From positions 5,682,784 through 5,746,783 of the forward strand of contig CM121341.1 in assembly GCA_051530055.1 (NCBI GenBank): 64,000 bases of DNA, read 5' to 3'. Under the pieces are notes generated by a model, which saw nothing but the letters and a program-made list of their open reading frames with translations, was not told the origin of the DNA and did no database searches. Of the stretch, positions 48,896 to 60,099 are shown in pieces (within the stretch, counting starts at the first letter, position 1; the number at the start of each line of letters is the position of its first letter). A program made the position numbers and the translations under genes. The stretch is from Neoechinorhynchus agilis. Lineage: Eukaryota > Animalia > Acanthocephala.

Positions 48896-51800
48896 TCACA
48901 ACAAGTACTCGAGTTCATATCTTCTATAAGTATTTTTTTCGTCGTCGTCAACACTTGGATAAGCAGCAACGAGAGCATCTTGTCCTCCGATATAAAGAGT
49001 ATTATAGACTTTCCAATAGACATCCCGGACTCTACGTGCGGGATGGAATAATCCCTGAAGAGTGTAAGAAAGAACTACTCCATGTCCTAATCCCATTCGA
49101 AATCCTTCTATGGTTGAAATGAACGCTTGAATCACATGGGGACTATTTTCAAAGATGTTCGGCCAAACAAAGTTAAGAAGATGAACAAGAGCATCCTCAC
49201 AACCATGACCAAACACACCAAGTGCCATATGACCAACGGCACTCATTGCAGTCTGCCTATGAACCAAATCACGGTCCATGAGTGCATCCTCCAACAGTGG
49301 TGAAACTGCATAAATGTAGTCTTTACTCATCTCACCAATGTATTCAAACATGAACGAAAGTGCTTTTAGAACACCGTTTTGAACATTGAGTTCGGGCACT
49401 CGGTATTCGTTCATGAGGCCTGGAAGCACCGTGAATGGTGAACAAGTCTCAGCCACAATGGCGATCGCCACCGTTGTGCAAACACGAAGTTGTCTTTCTT
49501 GAACTTTTAAATTGTTCAAAAGTGTCGCTAAAACGTCGTATGGACCTATCGCTTTTGCAATGTATCCAAACGTATTGATGGCCGCACGTCTTATTGCCTT
49601 CTTATGAGCTTTGAGCAATTCAAGGAGTTCAAAACAAATCCGCATCCATTCTCGAGACACGACATACTCTGCACCAAGATCGGCTATTCGACCAACTAAA
49701 TCAATACAATTCTCTTGCACTTTTTCATGACGATTCTTTAGAATTGGCGTTAGACGAGGAAGCAAATCCTTTATCGGAGGCGTCATCTCCTGAACTCCTA
49801 CTGCGTTCACTATTGCTTTTAGAGCACCAAGTATACTGCCCAAAACCTCAGGATACTCTTCGCCAAGGTATTCGTACAAAACCAAACCCAAATGATTAAT
49901 GAGCTTTGTCTCATCACATACTCGCATAACGCCAGCGATTTTAGCTATCAAGTCCGCTGCTTGCTGACGAACTTTAGCTGTCTTGTTGTTTAAACGCCAA
50001 AGAATAGTGCCACATATCTGGGGCAAATAGGGTTTTGTACGAATCGAGAGTGTGTTTACTACAGCTCCAAATCCGTTCAACATAACGACGTCTTCGGTCG
50101 TCTGCTCTTGAAATGCATACCGACATGGAGGTCACTGTCGACTCGGCCCAATTGACAAATGACCTCCATTCGTTTCTTACAAAATTCCATCGATCAAAAG
50201 TTCTTCGAGTCTTGAATCAATATCAGTAGCTCCCAAATTCACGAGTATATTTTCAATAGTTTCCATAACCATTTTTCGATACTGCTCGCTATCCTCTTTA
50301 AGGTCATCTACAATCCTGAGGATAATTTCTGAAGAACCAACTTTATTCGCAATCTCAACGGTAGTATCGACTAGTTGTCTATAATTTCGCCGATCCATAG
50401 CCATTCTCTGATTCCAGAAATACTTAAAGAACTGAGGCAAGATCTCGGACCGTATATATTGAGCCTCAACACCGTCGGTACCACAACATTGCTTTACGAC
50501 CTTTAAAACAATCTTCTTCATTTCCTCATCTGGGCTTTGAAATTCCCTGATTAAAATGAGCATAACTTCACGCGTATAATAGTTTGCATATTCAGCATCC
50601 ATCAATGGAATCAAGAAACCGATTGCTTTCAAAAACGCGGCTAAACCCTTTCCCCTGTGCTGTTTAATTCCTTTCCATAAAGGTTTTAGTACACTATCAA
50701 AAGATTCTATTCCATAAGGTGTAGCAGCTTCGGCCAACGCAGCTAAGGCCAACGCAGTGATTGTACGTACTTTTTGCTGTTCATCTTCTAGGCCGTGTTC
50801 AATGATTTCAACGAGTTGACGCAGGTAAGGTAGAACTGCACAACCCATTAGGATACTTATTTGCTGAACAATCTTAATTCCAGTATGACGAGCTTGCCAT
50901 GACTTTTTGCTTTTACAAACAGCTTTCAGGAATGGGAGAAGTGCGGGAATTCCTAATGCCGAAGCTACGACGGCGAATGCTCGAGCAGTTGTATTTCGAA
51001 CGTACTCGTCCAAGTTATCAATATCAGGACGCATTGTGGATATCATTGTGGCTAAACCAGCCGCCTTGGCCAAATTCGAGATGATTTCGCGACCTTCGAC
51101 ACGAGCATAATAATCCTCGTCAATCAGTAGAGGCTCAATTACTACCAGGATTTTGTGGACGTACGGTCGAACAAGGTCGTCAAGCTTGTATAAAATCCGA
51201 TCGATTACTTTAACGAGCAAATGACGCTCTTGATCCTCGAGAGTTGGTGACATTAACAACGGCAAAATCTGGTTCAACATTGGACCTGCACCCAACTCAC
51301 GAGCCTTGTCCGTGATCTGACGAAGTGCACTTTTACGCATTGGTGGAGTGCCATTTTTTATCTTCAACAAAAGTTTCATTATCTTATTCAATGATACCAG
51401 CAATAGAATTTGTTTTTAAATGAAGAAATGAAAAAAAAGGAATTTTACAAGTATGGAAACTTTAACGTTTGCGATAGATTTTTTCTCTCCATACAAGGCC
51501 GACGGTCCATCGAGGAGACGAAATAATGCGTGTTGGAGGGAAGAGGAAACTCACCAATGAGAGTCCCGCCTCCTCCTGGGGAGGTATCTGAGAATCGGGA
51601 GGGATTCTTACAAACTCTTTTACCGTACGGTCTTGGGGGGCATTGAGCGCAGACCAGACAGCGGGTGTCCATTCGGCCGTGTATGGAATAATAAAATATC
51701 TATCAAAAGACTACCGACTGAGCCACATATAATTTTTTTTAACGTTTGTGTTTTTTTCGTCTAAGAGAAATCGCTTCCTTCTCATTTAGAATGCTATCGT

Positions 51801-53270
51801 TTATAATAATAAAAAATGCTAAAAGCAATAGATTTTAGCCGTGCTGGTACCAATACTACGCTCCTTTTGTTCTTCGGCACTGAGGCTATCTTCGTCCACG
51901 TCCTGAAGAAGTTTGTCGAAATACTGTAAATCATCTGGTTTGAGCAATGGGAGATTTCCTCCTTTTGGCATAAACTCCTGTATGGCACCAGCAATTCCTG
52001 AAGCGATGCCGCCACTACTGGCTGCGGATTGCGAGTATCCATCCGGGGTTTGCATCCTAAATCCGCCCATGACTGACATGGGTGTCGGGGTCGAGATGAG
52101 TTTACGTGCCGGCGTTCTGATTGGCACATATCCTGCGGGTGGTTTAAGGACCTTGTATCCTGGAGGAAACATAGCTTCAAGTTCTTCATCGCTCACTGGT
52201 CGATTCCTTTCATCGATCTCCTTTTCCCATCGATAAGCTTGCATTTGTTCTGGAGTCATGACAAGGTGTCCGGGCGTTGGTGTCGTAAGCAATCGAGCTG
52301 CAGTGCCTAGAGGAGTAGCCGCACCGAACGCACTGAATCCATGAGTGCTCGTAGTAGATTCAGCTGAACCAGTAGGCGTTTCGTCCCATCGTGACCGTCG
52401 CTTTTGCTTGGCGGCACTTGTTGTTAGATCTTCGTCAGCGACGGACCCTCGAGGAGTATCCGCCCAACCACTAGGCGTTGATTCTTGCTCGCTACGTTCA
52501 ACGGGAGTCTCATCCCATCTATTTCGTCGCTGAATGGAAGCCTTTACAGGTGTTGTGTCCGAAGATAAAGCCCCAACTAAAGGAGTAGGAGCCCAGTCCA
52601 CAACTTGGGACGAACCACCAGGAGTTGTTCTGCCTGGTGTCTCTGCATACTTGGAATCGACCTGATCCCACCGGCCACGCCTCTTTCGCTCCTCAATCTT
52701 CTCATTGACCTTTTTTCGCACTTCTACCTGTTCCTTCACCAAATTCTGTTCCTTCATAACGTCCACATACGTCCGATTGGATACTGAAGGCGTTCTTCCA
52801 CCATCAGCAAACGGATCCACTCGCTCTGGAGACATCGCTAGCTTACGCCGTCGCTTCTGGTACTCGCTTTCTCGATCACATATCTTAGACGGCCGGGTGT
52901 CGGAAAATGGATCCGTTTCTTCGCCCTTACCGACCATATCTTTTAACATTGCCTGAGGAATTGAATAACTCTTAAGACCTCCACCAAGAGATGCCGTCTT
53001 TGCTGCCTGCTCGATCAATCCGGTGTCCTCGTCGTCGTCCTCGTCGTCATGGTCAGCATTAGGCTCAATTGAGCTTACGTATTCGTCATTGGAGCGAGTA
53101 CCGTATAAGTGCGAATCAAACTCACCCTCGGACGTAAGAGCGATTCCGACAGACGATACCACCGAACGAGTATCTAAACAACACAAAGAATGAAAATAAA
53201 CAATAAACATGAATTTACCCGATATTGGCTTGGCCGTTGACGCTTGTGATCCATCATCTGAAGAGGGCAT
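48896..53270 (-). CDS. SF3B1: Splicing factor 3B subunit 1, 4 exons (53270-53219, 53173-51857, 51384-50181, 50120-48896)
   Basis: RWDETP ULM motifs, p14-binding region and HEAT repeats ([51 protein letters not shown]). Intron 1 is GT-AG (45 nt); introns 2 and 3 have no GT-AG solution. Confidence 0.97.
50121..50180 (-). other. Inferred non-canonical GT...CG intron (60 nt) in SF3B1, hairpin-closed
   Basis: gtaaga donor with an in-frame TAA immediately inside. The join restores IDGIL|[10 protein letters not shown]. atggaggtca / tgacctccat perfect 10-bp stem. Confidence 0.85.
51385..51856 (-). other. Inferred non-canonical intron (472 nt; GT...TA, or the equivalent AG...AT register) in SF3B1
   Basis: The join restores EEQKER|[14 protein letters not shown] direct repeat at the ends. 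tggtaccagca / tgctggtatca 11-bp stem with one G-U pair. Confidence 0.75.
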
Positions 53271-53664
53271 CAAAAACGTGTATCTGAAGCACACGAATCT
53301 TTTGTATTTGCGAGGAAATGCACCCACAAATCTCTCAGTTCTGAGTTAACCGTGAACTATAAAGCCATTGTTTTATTGGTCAATGAACAAAAACGTAAAA
53401 ATCTATTTATAGGTCATTCCGGCTAGAAAAACCTCTTTCTATCACACTTTTCCAGTTCAAATCAATGATGCACTTCCACAAAAAACAACAATAAATTAAC
53501 AAATTTAACGAATATTAAATGACTCATACAATGAAAATCCATGGGGATGATAAAGTTTGAATTGTGGTGATCATATTCACCGCGCGGATAAAATTTATTT
53601 TATATCGTGTAAAAAACCTACAAACAATGACTGGCGACACGAGGATTCCTCTCGCTCTTCCTAG

Positions 53665-55368
53665 GAACTTCGTCCTTCGGCAAAGCAAAATTAATCTTGG
53701 AGAAATTAATATTTAGACAAAAAGGTACAAAATTTGTTTTTTTAGGTCTTCGCTCGGTGATAAGTTGAGAAAAACCAAATCTTTGATGAATTCTCACTTG
53801 AGGACTTCGTAACTAATCGATGTTTCCTTTTAGTCTCCTTTATTAAAATTCTGCTTAAGAACCCGAGCGCCTAGTCAATTTTTAGAGTATCCAAATCACG
53901 AGGATCGCCGTTTTTCTTAGAAATCTTAAGAACTTCGTCCTTCGGCAAAGCAAAAATAATCTTGGAGGAATTAATAATTAGACAAAAAGGTACAAAATTT
54001 GTTTTTTTTAGGTCTTCGCTCGGTGATGAGTTGAGAAAAACCAAATCTTTGATGAATTCTCACTTGAGGACTTCGTAACTAATCGATGTTTCCTTTTATT
54101 CTCCTTTATTAAAATTCTGCTTAAGAATCCGAGCGCCTAGTCAATTTTTAGAGTATCCAAATCACGAAGATCGCCGTTTTTCTTAGAAATCTTAAGAACT
54201 TCGTCCTTCGGCAAAGCAAAAATAATCTTGGAGGAATTAATAATTAGACAAAGAAAAATGTACAAAATTTGTTTTTTTAGGTCTTCGCTCGGTGATGAGT
54301 TGAGAAAAACCAAATCTTTGATAAACTCGACGAAGTTCGAATTCTCACTTGAGGTCTTCTTAACTGTTTCCTTTTAGTCTCCTTTATTAAAATTCTGCTT
54401 AAGAATCCGAGCGCCTAGTCAATTTTTCGAGCATCCAAATCACGAAGATCGCCGTTTTTCTTAGAAATCTTAAGAACTTCGTCCTTCGACAAAGCAAAAA
54501 TAATCTTGGAGGAATTAATATTTAGACAAAGAAAAAGGTACAAAATTTGTTTTTTTAGGTTTTCGCTCGGTGATGAGTTGAGAAAAACCAAATCTTTGAT
54601 GAATTCTCAAGTTGAGAAAAACCAAATCTTTGATGAATTCTCACTTGAGGTCTTCGTAACTAATCGATGTTTCCTTTTATTCTCCTTTATTAAAATTCTG
54701 CTTAAGAATCCGAGCGCCTAGTCAATTTTTAGAGTATCCAAATCACGAAGATCGCCGTTTTTCTTAGAAATCTTAAGAACTTCGTCCTTCGACAAAGCAA
54801 AAATAATCTTGGAGGAATTAATAATTAGACAAAGAAAAAGGTACAAAATTTGTTTTTTAGGTCTTCGCTCGGTGATAAGTTGAGAAAAACCAAATCTTTG
54901 ATGAATTCTCACTTGAGGTCTTCGTAACTGTTTCCTTTTAGTCTCCTTTATTAAAATTCTGCTTAAGAATCCGAGCGCCTAGTCAATTTTTCGAGTATCC
55001 AAATCACGAAGATCGCCGTTTTTCTTAGAAATCTTAAGAACTTCGTCCTTCGACAAAGCAAAAATAATCTTGGAGGAATTAATATTTAGACAAAGAAAAA
55101 GGTACCAAATAGGTTTTTTTAGGTTTTCGCTCGGTGATAAGTTGAGAAAAACCAAATCTTTGATGAATTCTCACTTGAGGTCTTCGTAACTAATCGATGT
55201 TTCCTTTTATTCTCCTTTATTAAAATTCTGCTTAAAGATCCAAGCGCCTAGTCAATTTTTTGAGTATCCAAATCACGAAGATCGCCGTTTTCTAAGAAAT
55301 CTTAAGAACTTCGTCCTTCGACAAAGCAAAAATAATCTTGGAGGAATTAATATTTAGACAAAAAAAGG
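53665..55368. repeat. Tandem array, about 260-300-bp unit x about 6.3
   Basis: gaacttcgtccttcg recurs near 53665, 53929, 54195, 54473, 54775, 55036 and 55306. Confidence 0.95.
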
Positions 55369-56129
55369 TCATTCTGAAGCTTTAAAGAGTTCATCGTAGG
55401 TTTGTTTCGCAAATTATCACCGGGGGTGGCAACTAACAAATTTAACCATCTTTACGTATCGACACAAATAAAATCGTCTAAAATCGCTTAAGCGCTTTTT
55501 GAAGCTACGACGACAAAATTCTCGGATGTACGAATAATTTCCATCTTCCAAAGAAGCATCCTGGCCACTACCCACTAAAATGGATGGTAAAAAGCGCCAC
55601 AAAAGGTAATTGAATAATTTAGCGTTATTGAGCAAGCAATTGGGAGATTTTCTGGCTAAAATGTACAAAGACAACAAAAGAAGTTCTCTAGAGATGCTAA
55701 TCGCTTTAAAGACATGATACCTCCTCTCGTACCTTTTTATAAGAGAAGGTCTGCAAGCCGAGAAATCAAAAACTCAAAAGCGGACTAACCAGCATCAAAA
55801 GATTTCCGTTGACCCAAAGTCCATTAAATTATAAGAATTAATTCCAATCCAATAATACAGGAAGCATAAAGCAAAGTCGCTGCACTTCTACCGCGCCGAT
55901 TTGGTGTTTAAAGTTACGTCGCAATTGGATTCAATATTCTTCCTGACTCTAAGCGCGCATACAAATAGTTTTGTCCTTTAAACATTCTTTTTCTCTAAAT
56001 TACAACTTTACATCGCTACTTTGTTTCGGTCTGGTCTTGGTGTCAAAGTCAAACTTCAGCCGGAAAAGGAGACTGCAACGGGGTTATAAAAGTGACGATG
56101 GCCGGTGCAATCCTTTGTCCCAACTTGGA

Positions 56130-57031
56130 TCGTATGAGGGGAGTCAACCGATAGCGAAGAAAATTTCGAAGGAAAAGTTCTGTCTTGACCAAGACTTTGT
56201 GGTGGCAGTTGAAAAATGGTGCCAGCAGACAGGCGCAAACCATGTTCCCGTGAATGGCCTCAGACAGTCGATCTGGGACGGGCCTCTCGTCGCGAGAGCT
56301 CACAGCTCTCTACTTTCCGGTTCTCGCGATGGGGTCGTCCCAGCTAGATTGTTGGCAGTTTCGACACGAGAATTTGGGGCGTGGTTGAAGGCTGTTCCTC
56401 TGGCATCAGTGGGAACTCTTCTTACTGACGAGGTAACAAGGATCGCAGTATCTTTAAGACTTGGTCTCCCGATATGCACGCCCCATCGTTGTCGATGTGG
56501 GTCTTTGGTTGATGCTCTCGGTCGACACGGTCTCGCCTGCAGAAGGTCAGGAGGAAGGTTCTCACGCCATTCTGAGATCAATTTCTCGGGCGTTGAGAAC
56601 GGCGAACTTCCCGAACATCCTAGAACCCGCCCAGCTCTGTCGACTAGACGGCCGTAGGCCCGATGGAATTTCGGTCTTTCCGTGGTGGGAAGGGCAAATG
56701 CCTTCTCCGGGACACCCTCGCAGCCAGCAACATTCGCTACTCCCTCGAAATCGCCGGTGGTGCCGCCAGTGCAGCGGAAGGGAGGAAAATACGGAAATAT
56801 CTTCACTTATCGAGGGCTCACTATTTTGTCCCCTTTCGGGTAGAGACGTATGGGGCGCTCGGCACTCTGCTCCAGGATCTCTCGAAGAAATTGAGAGAGG
56901 CAACCGGAGACTCAAGAGCAGGTGTATTCCTTCGACAAAATATCTCGCTAGCAGTACAACGGGGCAATGCTGCCAGCGTGATGGCGACGGTCGAGGAAGG
57001 ACAAAAGCTGGAATTCAGCGGGAGGTGGTGA
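56130..57031 (+). mobile_element. 5'-truncated, frameshifted CRE-clade non-LTR retrotransposon (CCHC Zn knuckle plus restriction-like endonuclease)
   Basis: GAWLKAVP, RIAVSLRLG, HRCRCG...GRHGLAC...RH, RPDG, FVPFRVETYGALG, ISLAVQRGNAASV. Confidence 0.85.
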
Positions 57032-57199
57032 GTGTGCTTCAAACAGATTGTTTGAATTGTTAAAAATATATTATGTTTTTAAAAAAAAGTTTTGCCATAG
57101 ACTGTGTGGATTTCGCTTAGAAAGATCTCGGAACGGTTTTTACTATTTTTAGGCATTAACAATTTTTGTGCGCTAAGGGAAATAAAAGATGTTGAAAAG

Positions 57200-57430
57200 A
57201 TAATTCATTGTTATTTGTCGATAGAAGAAAATAAATGAAATTAAGAATTTATTGGATATTTCGATCCACTATCTCGGATCTTCCTCAACGATTGTTTGTA
57301 GGTTTTCTACAATTTAAGCTAGAAAACTTACAAGCAATCGCTGAAGAAGATTCGAGATAGTGGATCGAAATATCCAATAAATTCTTAATTTGCTTTATTT
57401 TCTCCTATCGAAAAATGGAAATAAACGATT
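57200..57430. repeat. Near-perfect long hairpin (about 105-bp arms, short loop)
   Basis: aattaagaatttattggatatttcgatccactatctcg...gtaggttttcta and its reverse complement tagaaaacttac...cgagatagtggatcgaaatatccaataaattcttaatt. Confidence 0.88.
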
Positions 57431-57814
57431 TTTATTCATTCTTTATGTTAGACGATTCATGAATATTATTTTGGTTTTTATTTGATAAAATTTACAAGTT
57501 TTGGAAGATAATGTTCTGTGGAGCCGCGGTTTTCCTCACGCTTTCTCAGCATTCCTTCGGGAGAAGTTTAAGGAATGCTGTCGCACGCGGGTATCGCCAT
57601 CGACCTCTTTGCTATATCTGAAACCAGCTGAAGTGCGGATTCTCCGAGATCCATGAACGTTTCGATCCCGAAAGGCACAAAATGCAACATTTCTTTAGAG
57701 CCAGTCGAAATGCTCTCGCATTCGTGGGGATTTTAGCTCGTTTTGCATTGGTCAATCTTTTTAAACAAAAATCCATATATTTTTTTAAAAAGCCTTTTTT
57801 CACATCGCCCAATC

Positions 57815-57930
57815 TTCTCTCGGATATCAAAACTTGAAATGATTCTGAGGAAAAACCAACCTTACAAGCGCTCCTGCAAACAATATCTGCCAATTCGCCC
57901 ACCGACCGAATATTCTCAAACGAGCTAACT
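57815..57930 (+). mobile_element. Diverged fragment of the 1204/28623 LINE family 3' region
   Basis: gaaatgattctgaggaaa..ccaaccttacaagcgctcc matches the reverse complement of about 1400-1460. Confidence 0.65.
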
Positions 57931-58485
57931 CGTGATCCACTCCAAAATCTCAGAACTCGAGTGTTTCTCCCGAGGATTCATCAGTGAGTTTCCTCCTCCC
58001 TTCAAACTGAAATCAACAGGAGCTTTAGTTCACTTGAACATCCTCAACACAACTACAGCGGAATGTACAAACTTCGGCGAGTTTTGATTGATTTTTAATT
58101 CTAGGCACATCCAACACCGATTCATTGGTCTCGGAAAAAAGCGTATAAAATCACAGCACGATAAAATTATTTCGATCTGGTCGCCGATGACTCATAAGAA
58201 AAAAGGGCTTTAAATATCTCGTTGAAGGAAATTCACTGATGAGTCCCGCATCCTCGAGAGGAATCTGAGGATTTGGAAAGGATTCGTACAAAACTCGGTT
58301 GGTTGTGTGTTAAAAAATCAGCAAAACCCTTAAATTTAAATAATATTCTCATCGATAAGCAGTGGTCGAGATGATGTGTTAGTTTGTTTTAGAAAATAAA
58401 ACCCCGTAACTCCCCACCCCCGAGAGAGTTCACTTACAAACCTTGAATGAGATTGATGAATCGTGTTGCTCATTTATTTTGTACG

Positions 58486-58872
58486 TTAATATTTTTGTTG
58501 TCTAATACGTCTCGCCAAGTGCATATCTCTTGGCATAATCGTGACACGCTTCGCGTGGATCGCGCAGAGGTTCGTATCTTCAAATAATTGAACAAGAAAA
58601 GATTCAGTTGCTTCCTGTAGAGCATTCAAGGCCGCTACTTGCCATTTGAAACCATTTTGTATTCCGGATACAATTTCCTTAACTAGTCTTTGAAAAGGCA
58701 ATCTCCGCATCAATAGATTCGTCGAACACTGATAACGGTATATTTCCCGAAGACTTAACATTCTAGGCTTGAAAGGACGAGATTTGGATTTAGCCCTTTT
58801 CGCTTTTGATGTCTTTGATCGTATTTTGGCTACACTCGTGGATTTCTTTGCAGTTTGTGATAAACGTGCCAT
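58486..58872 (-). CDS. Divergent histone H3 variant (128 aa, intronless)
   Basis: [12 protein letters not shown] tail and histone fold [10 protein letters not shown]...[39 protein letters not shown]. Confidence 0.92.
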   Translation of the reverse strand: MARLSQTAKKSTSVAKIRSKTSKAKRAKSKSRPFKPRMLSLREIYRYQCSTNLLMRRLPFQRLVKEIVSGIQNGFKWQVAALNALQEATESFLVQLFEDTNLCAIHAKRVTIMPRDMHLARRIRQQKY

Positions 58873-59017
58873 TGGTGTGGTTGTATACACTCAAAGTGTT
58901 CGTGGTTCAGCGATTTTCGTTCAATTCAAGCGACTTTCGGATTTCAACATCATCTAAAATCGCCATTATGACCGTCGATTTTGCGCCACACCACCGCCGT
59001 TCTGGATCTCTCAAAGT

Positions 59018-59140
59018 GTCGTCCGGGTGTAACGGTCGAAAGGACGGATGCTAAGTTAGACTTATGTTTTGTAGAAGAAAAGGCTCCAGATCTCCAATCG
59101 CCAGTGATTCGTCTCAATCTCTTAGACACCAGTTCCTGGC
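59018..59140 (+). repeat. Dispersed fragment homologous to 11100-11235 (possible LINE APE-endonuclease relic)
   Basis: Both copies translate to PGVT.ERTD..AKLDLCF...P...SP.IRLNLLD, reminiscent of the LDLxF region of APE domains. Confidence 0.5.
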
Positions 59141-59397
59141 TCTACAAAACGTCCCGAGTGTCTCGACGCTAATGATTTCGACCAATATAACAATGTATTT
59201 GGTCTTTTTGCGGTCCTCAGCGGCCTGTGCTCCTCCTCCTCCTCCGGTTTAATAGTGGCGAATTTTATGTTGCTGGCCTCGCCTCAAGAAAGTCGTAAAC
59301 CAATGTAAAATCATTGCGGCTTTCAATATCGTTGAGTTTCTATGTCATTCTTTATAAATAAAGTGCCAGATTTATTATCGAACGGAAAATGGGCTGA

Positions 59398-59575
59398 CGG
59401 ACAGCGTTGCCCTGCTCTGATTCCTTTTCAGATAACCGAAGAAAAGCTTCCTAACGAAGACGCAAGGCGTCGAAAATTTGAAGCAAGAAATAAATAAAAC
59501 ACCCATTTTCCGTTCAATAATAAATCTGGAATAAAACATGAGGGTGTTGGGAAAAGAGGCTTTCCATAATTTTAT
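59398..59575. mobile_element. Diverged half-copy of the 10433-10710 MITE
   Basis: acagcgttgccct...acgaagacgcaaggcgtcga...gagggtgttgggaaaagaggctttccataat is shared. Confidence 0.8.
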
Positions 59576-60099
59576 AAATAAAGTGCTTTAACCAACATGA
59601 GAAACAATGACAATCCGTGGGAGAGACATAAAAAACGCACAATTCGTTCGAAATCATAAAAAAATTGACTTAAAATCTACCAGTATCCATAAATGTTAGC
59701 TAATGAGAAAATCTTGAACATAGTTGGTCACAAAGGCTTGTAACGCTCTGTAAACCACTGAAGGTGAAAATTAGAGGAAAAATGACGAAAACCCATAGAA
59801 TCCCGTTCAAATAATATCGAGTTGTTCATTGAAATGACCGTCCCAACGCGAACACGAATCAACGAATTTAAAGCATTTTGCAAAAAAAAATTACGCCTTA
59901 ATCGTATATTTTTCATACGATTTATTTCAACTCAGTTTCGTCAAAATGTGAGAGTAAAAAGACCAATGCTCTTTCATTAAGTCTTTTTGATCGGTATCAT
60001 TGGCAAAATCTGAAAAACCTTTTGTGACTGCTATTTCTCATAGCGTAAATTATGATGGCTCACAAAAGTTTTAAAGATCCCGTAAACAATGAATTAAAT

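Noticed and set aside
49560-49600. SF3B1 RRAAINT versus human RRATVNT in the branch-point pocket as the cause of unusual splicing
   Set aside because: As I recall, the same A-I pair occurs in C. elegans, which has normal GT-AG introns, so it is not specific.
50121-50180. Stop-codon read-through or an alternative genetic code instead of splicing
   Set aside because: It would insert about 20 foreign residues into an invariant HEAT repeat. The other inserts are frameshifting or contain multiple stops, and the other genes use all three stops normally.
51385-51856. U12-type (minor) intron explanation for the SF3B1 introns
   Set aside because: There is no RTATCCTT 5' motif or TCCTTAAC branch site in any of the six introns.
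58237-58300. Hammerhead ribozyme (ctgatgagtccc...; also ctgacgagtccc at about 11536)
   Set aside because: The CUGANGA core is present, but no stem II closes directly onto GAAA and no stem I/III with a UH site could be built.
58486-58872. Definite CENP-A/CenH3 call
   Set aside because: Loop 1 has canonical length, Q68 and T107 are retained, and the tail begins like H3. Only W84 is CenH3-like.
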